From a virus (lineage: Duplodnaviria > Caudoviricetes), in the IMG/VR virus record IMGVR_UViG_3300031949_000049, positions 1 to 54,356 of that record: a stretch of DNA of 54,356 bases; one strand, 5' to 3'. Under the pieces are notes generated by a model. It searched no databases. It saw only the letters and a program-made list of their open reading frames with translations, and was not told where the DNA came from. Shown here piece by piece: positions 45,978 through 53,128 of this stretch. Each line of letters begins with the position of its first letter. The first letter of the stretch is position 1. The position numbers were made by a program, and so were the translations under genes.

Positions 45978-46221
45978 CTTGCCACCCCAACACTTTCTTG
46001 CCTTCGTCGGTGAGCACATAGTGCTCGGTGGAAAAGGTCAGGGCCGGCCCTTGGTAGCGCATCCATTCGTTCTTGAGAAAATACTCGAAGGCTTTCCGTT
46101 TGAGTTCATCTTCCCAAGCACTACCAAGATGGTGCACTGTGAACATGCCGTCTCCACGGAAGTGCAAGTGATAGGCGGCCCTCATCCGCATGATGTAGGT
46201 ATTCTCTATCAGATCGGCCAT
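45967..46221 (-). CDS. small wHTH-like paralogue family member
   Basis: FLKNEWM...YVLTDEG. Confidence 0.7.
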   Translation of the reverse strand: MADLIENTYIMRMRAAYHLHFRGDGMFTVHHLGSAWEDELKRKAFEYFLKNEWMRYQGPALTFSTEHYVLTDEGKKVLGWQDDA

Positions 46222-46400
46222 ACGGAACTCCGACGAAGTCTGCGGAGTTCTCGGCGAAGGTGCCACCACTCACCGAGGTTGTGTCTCAGCCTCTTGAGAG
46301 CAGCTACGGTCAATGGAAAGTACTTGGACATCACGGCTCCCATCGGATGGTGATGGCTAGAATATACCATGGGAGGAGGAATGTAAATAGGAAAGTTGTT

Positions 46401-46476
46401 TGGCGCGGACGACGGGATTCGAACCCGTGTTTCAAGATTGAGAGTCTAGTTGCCTGTCCAATTAGCAGACGCCCGC
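46401..46476 (-). tRNA. tRNA-Glu(CUC)
   Basis: cloverleaf, loop CUCUCAA, GCCA end. Confidence 0.85.
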
Positions 46477-46490
46477 GTAACGTAGAAGAA

Positions 46491-46565
46491 TGGTACACCT
46501 CCAGGGTATCGAACCCTGTATCCCCACCATGTCGAGGTGATGCTTCGCCATTTAGCTCGAGGTGT
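46491..46565 (-). tRNA. tRNA-Val(GAC)
   Basis: cloverleaf, loop UCGACAU, ACCA. Confidence 0.85.
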
Positions 46566-46566
46566 A

Positions 46567-46641
46567 TGGCTTCAGGTCAAGGATTCGAACCTCGATCGCA
46601 TGGGTTCAGAGCCCAGCAGCTTGCCGTTAGAAGAACCTGAA
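46567..46641 (-). tRNA. tRNA-Gln(CUG)
   Basis: UUCAGGU/ACCUGAA acceptor, loop CUCUGAA, weak D-stem. Confidence 0.8.
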
Positions 46642-46699
46642 AAAGATCTTCACCTCGGAGCTTATCCCGAGATGGCCCTTGGTAGGGTCTTGAGTGGAT

Positions 46700-46707
46700 T
46701 ATTTATA
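46700..46707 (-). promoter_or_regulatory. T4-type late promoter
   Basis: TATAAATA upstream of the Gln/Val/Glu tRNAs. Confidence 0.7.
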
Positions 46708-46714
46708 GAAGTGG

Positions 46715-47650
46715 AAGCTTGGGACTGGCGGGCTTCCGTGTCGATCCTTCGGGCATTATAGCACCTCTTGCTTAGAGAGGTCTTTCTCCCGGCGTCTATC
46801 AATCCCGGCGACGGAGCGCACTGGTGGACAGTAGACCGACGATGTCGCAGTTTTTAGGGTCATGCGGTAGACCCGTCACGGCAGACTATTCCGTTCCTTC
46901 CTCACCGTTAGCCTTGCGAGCTATTCGCCCCCGCTAAGGGACTACGATTTCTCTAGAGCGAACCGACTCGGCCTTGCGAGCTCTGTCGGACTAGGTTACC
47001 CTTGCGGGCCCCAGTGTTAGACAACTTTCACCTACCGTCGAGGTAGACTTTGCGTTTTGTAATGCTCAGCTGGATTCGCACCAGCAAAAGCCTCTGTTCA
47101 AAGAGGTTGACAGCTATTGTCAATGTGCAACCCACCGAGATGTGCTACCTCGACTGCTCCGAATCTTGTTAGACCCAGAATACAGCACACCTTCATGCCT
47201 TTCGCTTGCGACTACTTAGCGATCCTTCGCGAACTCGTCCGGTTTAGCGCCCGACCTCATCCACTCGAACTGGGACCTAGCCCTAGGGTGCTTTACGCCC
47301 TCGGACATCATCCCCTACCCTTTCCCGTCTTGATTAGAGAGTCGGTTAGTTGGAGGACGGCACCACCCGTTTCACTTCCCCCACAAGAGTTCCCGGCAAG
47401 CCGGCTCCTGAGTAGGGTTACGTTTCCAACATCTCTCGTACTCCGTAGGCCCGGCGGTTTTATTGCCGAGCCGCCTGTCACCAGGCCGGGCGAGTTTGCA
47501 TAAGTGGACTATTGCTAGCACCGGTATCGTGGGATTCCCGGTATTGGCTCCATTGCTGGAGTTATCCTTGATGCACCCGAAGGCACACCCTATCCAACCC
47601 GAAGGCTGGAGACGACATCATACTGCCGCGAATTCATTTTAACTTAGTGT
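46715..47650 (-). ncRNA. large ornate ncRNA, GOLLD-like
   Basis: about 930 nt with no credible ORF, own TTGACA-17-TATATA promoter (47660-47687), many UUCG/GCAA hairpins, long-range helix GGUGUGCUG/UAGCACAUC, adjacent to tRNAs; GOLLD identity is from recalled motifs, ends approximate. Confidence 0.75.
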
Positions 47651-47655
47651 ATGGC

Positions 47656-47949
47656 TCATATATATACCTGTCGGTCGTCGGTGTCAACCGGCGACTTGAG
47701 TATTCTTCTGCCCTCTTCTGTCTTGTAAAATCTGATCTGCAAACTCATTGGGGCCACGTCCTCCCTGGTGTACCAGCCGTTCATTATGGCATCCCTCATC
47801 TCTTGGTTTTCTGGAGCGGCGAACGTACGGAAGCCACCGTAGAGGGTCTCGTATTTGAGTAGGTCTTTCATCACCTTCGTTAAGGTCATGCCCCCGTCGG
47901 TGTACGTTAAGCCTATGAAGTTATTAGTGGTTATCATCTGTCGGTGCAT
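47656..47949 (-). CDS. small wHTH-like paralogue family member
   Basis: AIMNGWY...AP...FYKTEEG. Confidence 0.7.
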   Translation of the reverse strand: MHRQMITTNNFIGLTYTDGGMTLTKVMKDLLKYETLYGGFRTFAAPENQEMRDAIMNGWYTREDVAPMSLQIRFYKTEEGRRILKSPVDTDDRQVYI

Positions 47950-48490
47950 CTTTTTTCCTATATCTGGCGGCGAACAGGGCCGCCTTCTTGAGTGACTCCA
48001 TGACGTAGCCGGCGTCTCGATATTTTCCACCACCGTTTTCTGGGAAACCTAGGGCGAACATCGCGGAATTAATATCGAACACCCTGCCCTGGGACCTCCT
48101 ACCTGGGATCTTATCTCCTGAGTGGCCGCAGTCGAAGCCGAACCACCAGATGTCTTCATTCGAGTCGGCGATGTAGTGACTCGGTCCGGACCAAGTCAAC
48201 CCTCCGTGGCACGGGATCAAAGATGCTATCTCTGCCTTTCCCTTCTTCCTACGGTTCCTCATCATGGCAAACGCGTTTAGGATGCCGATATCTTCTATGC
48301 AGGTATTCATGTCGACGTCCCCGTCGACCTCGGCGTTGTAGTCCTTCCCATACCAAGGGTGTTCCCTGGTAACGCCAAAGTAGCCGCACCAGGCGTCAAG
48401 TGGCCCTCTCACCATCACGCAGTCGAGACCGCCGGAGGCGAACTCGATGCGATCAGGCTCGAACAACCATGGGTCGATCCCTGCTACCAT
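47924..48490 (-). CDS. conserved phage hypothetical protein
   Basis: WCGY....HP...HGGLT...WWFGFDCGH.GD. Confidence 0.8.
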   Translation of the reverse strand: MVAGIDPWLFEPDRIEFASGGLDCVMVRGPLDAWCGYFGVTREHPWYGKDYNAEVDGDVDMNTCIEDIGILNAFAMMRNRRKKGKAEIASLIPCHGGLTWSGPSHYIADSNEDIWWFGFDCGHSGDKIPGRRSQGRVFDINSAMFALGFPENGGGKYRDAGYVMESLKKAALFAARYRKKDAPTDDNH

Positions 48491-48750
48491 TGTGGCTTAG
48501 GTGGTTTCTCTGTGAAGACGCACTCGACAGATACGTCTTCGATATGCAATTCCTTGTCTTTCCAAACCGTGAATCCATCTTCCTTCTTGACTACCGCGTC
48601 CTTCATCACCTTCTCAGTGAAGTCTGCCAACTCGGAGCACGCATTTGCGTCGACGACCTTTCCACTAGGCAAGATGAACTGATCGAGCGGCCCATAGACG
48701 ACGACTGGATCACCCATGAAGTACATTATAACGTAGAGGTGCTTGAGCAT
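48484..48750 (-). CDS. hypothetical protein
   Basis: TAATG overlap. Confidence 0.65.
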   Translation of the reverse strand: MLKHLYVIMYFMGDPVVVYGPLDQFILPSGKVVDANACSELADFTEKVMKDAVVKKEDGFTVWKDKELHIEDVSVECVFTEKPPKPQW

Positions 48751-48986
48751 TACTGTTCCTCGTATTCCATGTCTACCCCAGCCTCTACGAAGGATTGTTC
48801 TAGGGCGTCCTTGGCGTCGTAGAAAGCCAGGGCCCTTGTCTTGAGATCTGAGTCGGGGAGTTTCTCGAATGAACTCTTGTTGTGATATCCGTCTAGCCAG
48901 TAGGCCAGGCCCTCATAGGCAATCTTCGCGGCTACGTCCTCGACCGAGTCGTAACCGAGGTGTTCAAACCATTCTTTCGCCATCAC
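48750..48986 (-). CDS. hypothetical protein
   Basis: operon context. Confidence 0.65.
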   Translation of the reverse strand: MMAKEWFEHLGYDSVEDVAAKIAYEGLAYWLDGYHNKSSFEKLPDSDLKTRALAFYDAKDALEQSFVEAGVDMEYEEQ

Positions 48987-49189
48987 ACCAACTCACACCT
49001 TCTGCCAGTGGATACACACTCGGCCAGCCATATAGGATTTGGAACGTGCCATGGGAAGTTGAGGCCTATCCATGTGACGGCGAACATCATACACCACATG
49101 ATCACCGGTAAGAGGATCAGCATGATCAGGCAGCCGACTACCGAAATCCATACTGACTCGTCGGGTTTCTTTGCCTCGTCGTCAACCAT
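48983..49189 (-). CDS. small membrane protein
   Basis: GGAGG RBS, hydrophobic core. Confidence 0.65.
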   Translation of the reverse strand: MVDDEAKKPDESVWISVVGCLIMLILLPVIMWCMMFAVTWIGLNFPWHVPNPIWLAECVSTGRRCELV

Positions 49190-49203
49190 GTCGACCTCCG
49201 TGT

Positions 49204-49279
49204 TGGTAGTCCCCCGCGGTTTCGAACCGCGCTATTCGCCGTGTAAAAGCGACGTCTTCACCGAGCTGACCCGGGGACC
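49204..49279 (-). tRNA. tRNA-Val(UAC)
   Basis: cloverleaf, loop UUUACAC, ACCA. Confidence 0.88.
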
Positions 49280-49289
49280 TTCTATATAT

Positions 49290-49367
49290 TGGTGCACCGC
49301 CTAGGAATCGAACCTAATTCTCTCCCTCTTCAGGGGAGCGCTGAATAACCATACTAGCTCGCAGTGC
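49290..49367 (-). tRNA. tRNA-Phe(GAA)
   Basis: cloverleaf, loop CUGAAGA, ACCA. Confidence 0.88.
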
Positions 49368-49613
49368 TTAATTTTTTCTATTTCCGTCTTCATCATAGAG
49401 TGCCCGTAACATCGCCTCCGCCACCGCTATGACCCCGGCCACGTCCGGCCACCTAGATGGATCTCCGGCCACGTTGCTATTCCCTGGTCGATTCTTCGCC
49501 TCATCGAATATCTTGTGCAGATCCTGCATCGTCAATCCAGGAACGATGTATGCACATTCTAATTCTATGCCTTGGTGTTCTACACGATGCATTCCAAAAT
49601 CTGGGCGCTTCAT
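49368..49613 (-). CDS. hypothetical protein
   Basis: ATGA overlap. Confidence 0.6.
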   Translation of the reverse strand: MKRPDFGMHRVEHQGIELECAYIVPGLTMQDLHKIFDEAKNRPGNSNVAGDPSRWPDVAGVIAVAEAMLRALYDEDGNRKN

Positions 49614-49828
49614 CTTACCATTGCTCCAGCCTCGACGGCCAGCTTCCTCTTATCCTCATTAAGATCATAGTGAGGAACCCCTCGCCTCGACCTCTCGAAC
49701 CAACATTTCTTAACACCGATCCTCTCGGCAAACTCGTGAAGTTCACGTATCGTGGTCGCCGTCAGATGGCAATACTTCTTCCTCCCTTTCGAGCTCGTCC
49801 GGAACAAAGCTGAGTCCACGTACACCAT
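49610..49828 (-). CDS. DUF4031-like protein
   Basis: VYVD...CHL.A....ELH.FA..IG....WF......HYDL...R..A...GA. Confidence 0.8.
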   Translation of the reverse strand: MVYVDSALFRTSSKGRKKYCHLTATTIRELHEFAERIGVKKCWFERSRRGVPHYDLNEDKRKLAVEAGAMVR

Positions 49829-50204
49829 GATCATCACCATAATCCGTGTCGCGGTGCGTGTACAGGAAAACTTGGATGCCGGCCTCGGCGGCCACGTTGA
49901 TCATGTCCCTGGTTCCCTTCGACTTCTCGATATCATCATGGAACGCCACGACCACGTCGGGTTTCCCCTCCTTGAGCATCTGGCGGTTGCGGATCGGGCC
50001 CGCCGCCCTGTGGTATCTATCCCAGTCCGCCGGATAAGGTTCAGGCCTGATGCCTCTGGACTTCGCCCAGTTGGCAGCCATCTTGTCTGCTCCCCTGGCG
50101 TCACCGTGAATGATCACCGAGGCGTGGAGCCAAAACCTCGATAGGATGCGCTCCATGAACACAAAATCCTTCCACTCGCGGTCGCCGCAGACGAGCACCC
50201 TCAT
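49743..50204 (-). CDS. SLOG superfamily (DUF2493/YspA-like) protein
   Basis: VLVCG.R, IIHG.ARGAD, ADW....AAGPIRN..M, S.GT..M. Confidence 0.85.
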   Translation of the reverse strand: MRVLVCGDREWKDFVFMERILSRFWLHASVIIHGDARGADKMAANWAKSRGIRPEPYPADWDRYHRAAGPIRNRQMLKEGKPDVVVAFHDDIEKSKGTRDMINVAAEAGIQVFLYTHRDTDYGDDHGVRGLSFVPDELEREEEVLPSDGDHDT

Positions 50205-50297
50205 GGGACCAACCAGTCCACGCCGTAACCGACTGCCGCGCAGATGACGATTATCATCACGAGTTCTATGAATCGAAGCATGTCTACTCCTTCAAGT

Positions 50298-50373
50298 TGG
50301 TAGCCAGTGTGGGAATCGAACCCATCGTTTCACGCTTATCGGGCGTGCGCCCTAGCCATTGGACGAACCGGCT
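50298..50373 (-). tRNA. tRNA-Ile(GAU)
   Basis: cloverleaf, loop CCGAUAA, bulged T-stem, ACCA. Confidence 0.8.
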
Positions 50374-50639
50374 TTTATCTTCTTGCAGACCTTCACCCCC
50401 TCGGCGGTAAAGTGAAACTGATTAGATGCGCCAAAAGACCCATACCAACCCTCACGAGTCCTCTCGATGAGATTCATCCTTAGTAGGTATATAATTTCGT
50501 TTCGCACGGTGGCCGACCGCCATGGGGCCCCGTGTGTCGAGGTGAACCCGCAAAAAGTAATGCGCGGTTCACCTTCTGTAGGAATCTTGTTGAACACCGT
50601 GCACAGAAAACTCCTTACTATCTCAAGATTATACACCAA
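50352..50639 (-). CDS. small wHTH-like paralogue family member
   Basis: LLRMNLIER...FHFTAEG. Confidence 0.65.
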   Translation of the reverse strand: MVYNLEIVRSFLCTVFNKIPTEGEPRITFCGFTSTHGAPWRSATVRNEIIYLLRMNLIERTREGWYGSFGASNQFHFTAEGVKVCKKIKAGSSNG

Positions 50640-50898
50640 TTCTCAACCTATGGTACATTCTCATCCCCTCATCGGTAAATTCAAAGATGTCTCTGGAGCC
50701 TCCCGTGACCCAGCCGTCCTGGGTCCGCTCAACCAGCCCTTCTTTTATCAAGAGATTAAGATCATCCTTCACCTCCGGATATTTGTAGTTCGTAGAATCT
50801 AGGTGCAGATCCCTGCGGTGACTAAATGTCATACGGTGGCCTTCGTACGGCCGCCTTATGACACCCTTTGTGAATCTTAAGAACAACTCGTCGTTCAT
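50629..50898 (-). CDS. small wHTH-like paralogue family member
   Basis: LIKEGLVER...FEFTDEG. Confidence 0.7.
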   Translation of the reverse strand: MNDELFLRFTKGVIRRPYEGHRMTFSHRRDLHLDSTNYKYPEVKDDLNLLIKEGLVERTQDGWVTGGSRDIFEFTDEGMRMYHRLRIGV

Positions 50899-51233
50899 CA
50901 GTGCAGCGTCGCCGACGCCGGGCGCCGATTGCCATCGTCATCTTCCTCGAGGACGTAGTCCTTATTAAGGATCTTATCCCCCATGGCATATGGGCCGTCG
51001 CTGTCGAGTTCCTCCTCGAGTCGGCGGAGGCTCTCCTTGTCGGGGGGTTCCTTAAAACACGCCACCCTGTACACCTTCCTTACCTTCGCCTCGGTGCTGA
51101 CCGCGTAGACAAAGTACTTGAAGCCGAGCTTATTGAGGTGCTCCTTCGCTTCTGCTATGTCGCTCTCCGTGAGGTTGTCTGCCACGTGGGGCATTATGAT
51201 CGCGTGATAGTTCATCATCTCTAACATCATCAT
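50898..51233 (-). CDS. hypothetical protein
   Basis: GAGGAG RBS just after tRNA-Asp. Confidence 0.65.
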   Translation of the reverse strand: MMMLEMMNYHAIIMPHVADNLTESDIAEAKEHLNKLGFKYFVYAVSTEAKVRKVYRVACFKEPPDKESLRRLEEELDSDGPYAMGDKILNKDYVLEEDDDGNRRPASATLH

Positions 51234-51242
51234 CTCCTCGGC

Positions 51243-51317
51243 TGGCGCTCTCGACGGGACTCGAACCCGTTTGGTCTCATAGACAGTGAGACATCGTAAC
51301 CCATGGATCACGAGAGC
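51243..51317 (-). tRNA. tRNA-Asp(GUC)
   Basis: cloverleaf, loop CUGUCUA, GCCA. Confidence 0.85.
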
Positions 51318-51318
51318 C

Positions 51319-51774
51319 TTAGTGCTTAGTCATCATGGCGCTTCCGTCGATCATCATCTCCATGATGGAGGTGAGCCTATCCTTCTTCTCAGCGGTTATG
51401 TTTGGATCTTTGGCGTACCTGTCGGCCTGCTGCGCGAGAGTCTCACCAGGAAGTCTCTCAAACCCATCGGTTACCTCCATGGCCATCTTGGAGAGTCTGT
51501 CCTGAATCTCCACGTCGATCTCGGTGTTCCGGAGGACGGTCAATGCCTTGGTGGCGCAGTCGGCGATGGCCTCGAGCGCCTGCATGGCGGATTCCTTGCT
51601 TCCCTTGGCCGATACCCCAAGCTTCATGATCAGGAGGGCCAGGCCGCATCCCATCTCACCAGAGTCTTGTATCGGGGTGATGTCGTCGTCTCGATTGTTG
51701 GTGAGTGCCTTGAGCCCCCTAGCGAAATACTTATCCATCATGGGGCTGTAGTCTTTTTTCTTGTCGTCTGTCAT
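51319..51774 (-). CDS. hypothetical protein
   Basis: GGAGG RBS. Confidence 0.75.
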   Translation of the reverse strand: MTDDKKKDYSPMMDKYFARGLKALTNNRDDDITPIQDSGEMGCGLALLIMKLGVSAKGSKESAMQALEAIADCATKALTVLRNTEIDVEIQDRLSKMAMEVTDGFERLPGETLAQQADRYAKDPNITAEKKDRLTSIMEMMIDGSAMMTKH

Positions 51775-51794
51775 GAGGAAGCCTCCAAAAAAAC

Positions 51795-51868
51795 TGGCGC
51801 GGACTATGGGAATCGAACCCATGCACCCGGAGTGGCGCTCCGGAAGTCTACCACTGGCCTAAGCCCGC
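51795..51868 (-). tRNA. tRNA-Gly(GCC), atypical loop and discriminator
   Basis: cloverleaf, loop GCGCCAC, G73. Confidence 0.8.
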
Positions 51869-51902
51869 CTCAATGTATAACACGGTTTCCCGCGCTTGTA
51901 AA

Positions 51903-51976
51903 TGGTACCAGGGAAGAGAATCGAACTCTTGTAACTCGGCTCACAACCGAGCGTCCTACCATTGGACTACCCTGGC
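51903..51976 (-). tRNA. tRNA-His(GUG) without G-1, A73
   Basis: cloverleaf, loop UUGUGAG, ACCA, U at -1. Confidence 0.88.
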
Positions 51977-51987
51977 ACTATACTTTC

Positions 51988-52515
51988 CTATTCACGATGT
52001 GAAACAGCGGGATGACTTTGCAGCCATCGATTGATCCTGGCCACTTGTGTGTGGCTAAGTTTTAGTTCTGAAGAAAGTTTGGTCACCCAACCTCTCTTCT
52101 TTTCTATCAGGAACGAATTCCTGTATTCTTCATAAGTACGTCTGGGGTGTTCAGCCCTCTTGATGTTGGCACGAACTTGATGTTCCCTCATCATAACGTG
52201 CCATTTTTTCTTCCCATACTTAGCAACACCTTTTGCATAAATTGATGTTGCAGTTCCATTGTCGACTTGATCTTGATAGTTGTCCTTCGCAGTTCCCCAA
52301 TAGACATGCTTTACATTCGAACACTTTCCGTTATGGCACGCATGGCATATCAAAATCTTCTTACCATTTGGGATCGTGGTCTTAAGTTCAAAGGCCAATA
52401 ACCCTCTTGTATCGCTACTGCATCCCCCAATCTCAATGCAAGGTTCATCTAATCTTAGGTGTGTTCGTCGATCATTCCTACTCTTCTTAATGTATTCACA
52501 TATATCATCGTGCAT
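51988..52515 (-). CDS. HNH (His-Cys box-like) homing endonuclease within tRNA array
   Basis: ICHACHNGKCSNVKHVYWGT.KDN..D; AT-rich. Confidence 0.85.
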   Translation of the reverse strand: MHDDICEYIKKSRNDRRTHLRLDEPCIEIGGCSSDTRGLLAFELKTTIPNGKKILICHACHNGKCSNVKHVYWGTAKDNYQDQVDNGTATSIYAKGVAKYGKKKWHVMMREHQVRANIKRAEHPRRTYEEYRNSFLIEKKRGWVTKLSSELKLSHTQVARINRWLQSHPAVSHRE

Positions 52516-52559
52516 TGAACCTCGCTTTCTTATACTTATTTATAAGAAGTGAGGTTCAA
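52515..52559 (-). promoter_or_regulatory. late promoter inside RBS-sequestering hairpin
   Basis: TTGAACCTC-ACTTCTTATA-AATAAG-TATAAGAAAGC-GAGGTTCAA(TG); TATAAATA at 52537-52544. Confidence 0.8.
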
Positions 52560-52561
52560 AA

Positions 52562-52638
52562 TGGTCAGAGCGGTGGGATTCGAACCCACGTGCAAGGCTT
52601 CCGAGGCCAAGAGATGAACCAAGCTCTCCTACGCTCTG
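52562..52638 (-). tRNA. tRNA-Pro(CGG)
   Basis: C1-G72, loop CUCGGAA, ACCA. Confidence 0.85.
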
Positions 52639-52640
52639 TC

Positions 52641-52715
52641 TGGTGCCCGCCGCCGGAATCGAACCGACTTTTCTCCCTTACGAGGGGAGTACATCGCCAC
52701 TTATGTTTGGCGGGC
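52641..52715 (-). tRNA. tRNA-Thr(CGU)
   Basis: cloverleaf, loop CUCGUAA, ACCA. Confidence 0.88.
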
Positions 52716-52722
52716 TATGAAT

Positions 52723-52790
52723 TGGTAGCGAGAGAAGGACCTACCCCTTCTTTACTCGGGCTCATGAGACCCGAGTGCTAATGCCTCGCC
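52723..52790 (-). tRNA. D-armless tRNA-like RNA, anticodon CAU
   Basis: GGCGAGG/UCUCGCU-ACCA; 7-nt linker in place of D-arm; 8-bp anticodon stem with CUCAUGA loop; non-canonical T-loop. Confidence 0.65.
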
Positions 52791-52819
52791 TAGAGGAACA
52801 TGCCTGCCCCTCGTCGATT

Positions 52820-52895
52820 TGGAGTGCCCACCGGGATTCGAACCCGGATCTCAAGGATTAAGAGTCCAGCGCACTTGCCGTTGTGCTATGGGCGC
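52820..52895 (-). tRNA. tRNA-Lys(CUU)
   Basis: cloverleaf, loop CUCUUAA, C2.A71 mismatch, U73. Confidence 0.85.
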
Positions 52896-52898
52896 ATA

Positions 52899-52973
52899 TG
52901 GTGCCGTCAAGAGGTATCGAACCCCTGTCGCCTGCGTACCAAGCAGGTGCTCTACCGATTAAGCTATGACGAC
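52899..52973 (-). tRNA. tRNA-Thr(GGU)
   Basis: cloverleaf, loop UUGGUAC, ACCA. Confidence 0.9.
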
Positions 52974-52975
52974 GT

Positions 52976-53013
52976 AGAAACGAAAGAAGCCCGGATTTTA
53001 TCCCGGGCTTCCC
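52976..53013 (-). terminator. intrinsic terminator/attenuator ahead of tRNA array
   Basis: GAAGCCCGG-GATAAAAT-CCGGGCTTC then TTTCGTTTCT. Confidence 0.75.
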
Positions 53014-53032
53014 TTTATGAATGTGGCGTCTG

Positions 53033-53128
53033 TTAGAACACCGTGCCTCCATCGGAACCCAGGTACGAGCTATCGGTCGGTGGTGTATGACCGATCTTCA
53101 CTTGCGTTTTGGGTTCAAACTTCAACAT
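53033..53128 (-). CDS. putative leader peptide (31 aa)
   Basis: MLKFEPKTQVKIGHTPPTDSSYLGSDGGTVF; AGGA RBS; lies between TTGACA promoter (53183-53188) and terminator. Confidence 0.55.
   Translation of the reverse strand: MLKFEPKTQVKIGHTPPTDSSYLGSDGGTVF

Noticed and set aside
46715-47650. Group I/II intron, RNase P RNA or rRNA fragment
   Set aside because: No interrupted gene flanks it, it has its own promoter, and I found no GAGGAAAGUCC, group II domain V or rRNA signature. ORF 47117-47503(+) lacks an RBS and looks spurious.
18617-50898. DGR or integron mechanism for the paralogue family
   Set aside because: No reverse transcriptase, template/variable repeat pair, integrase or attC-like repeats were seen; similarity is visible only at the protein level.
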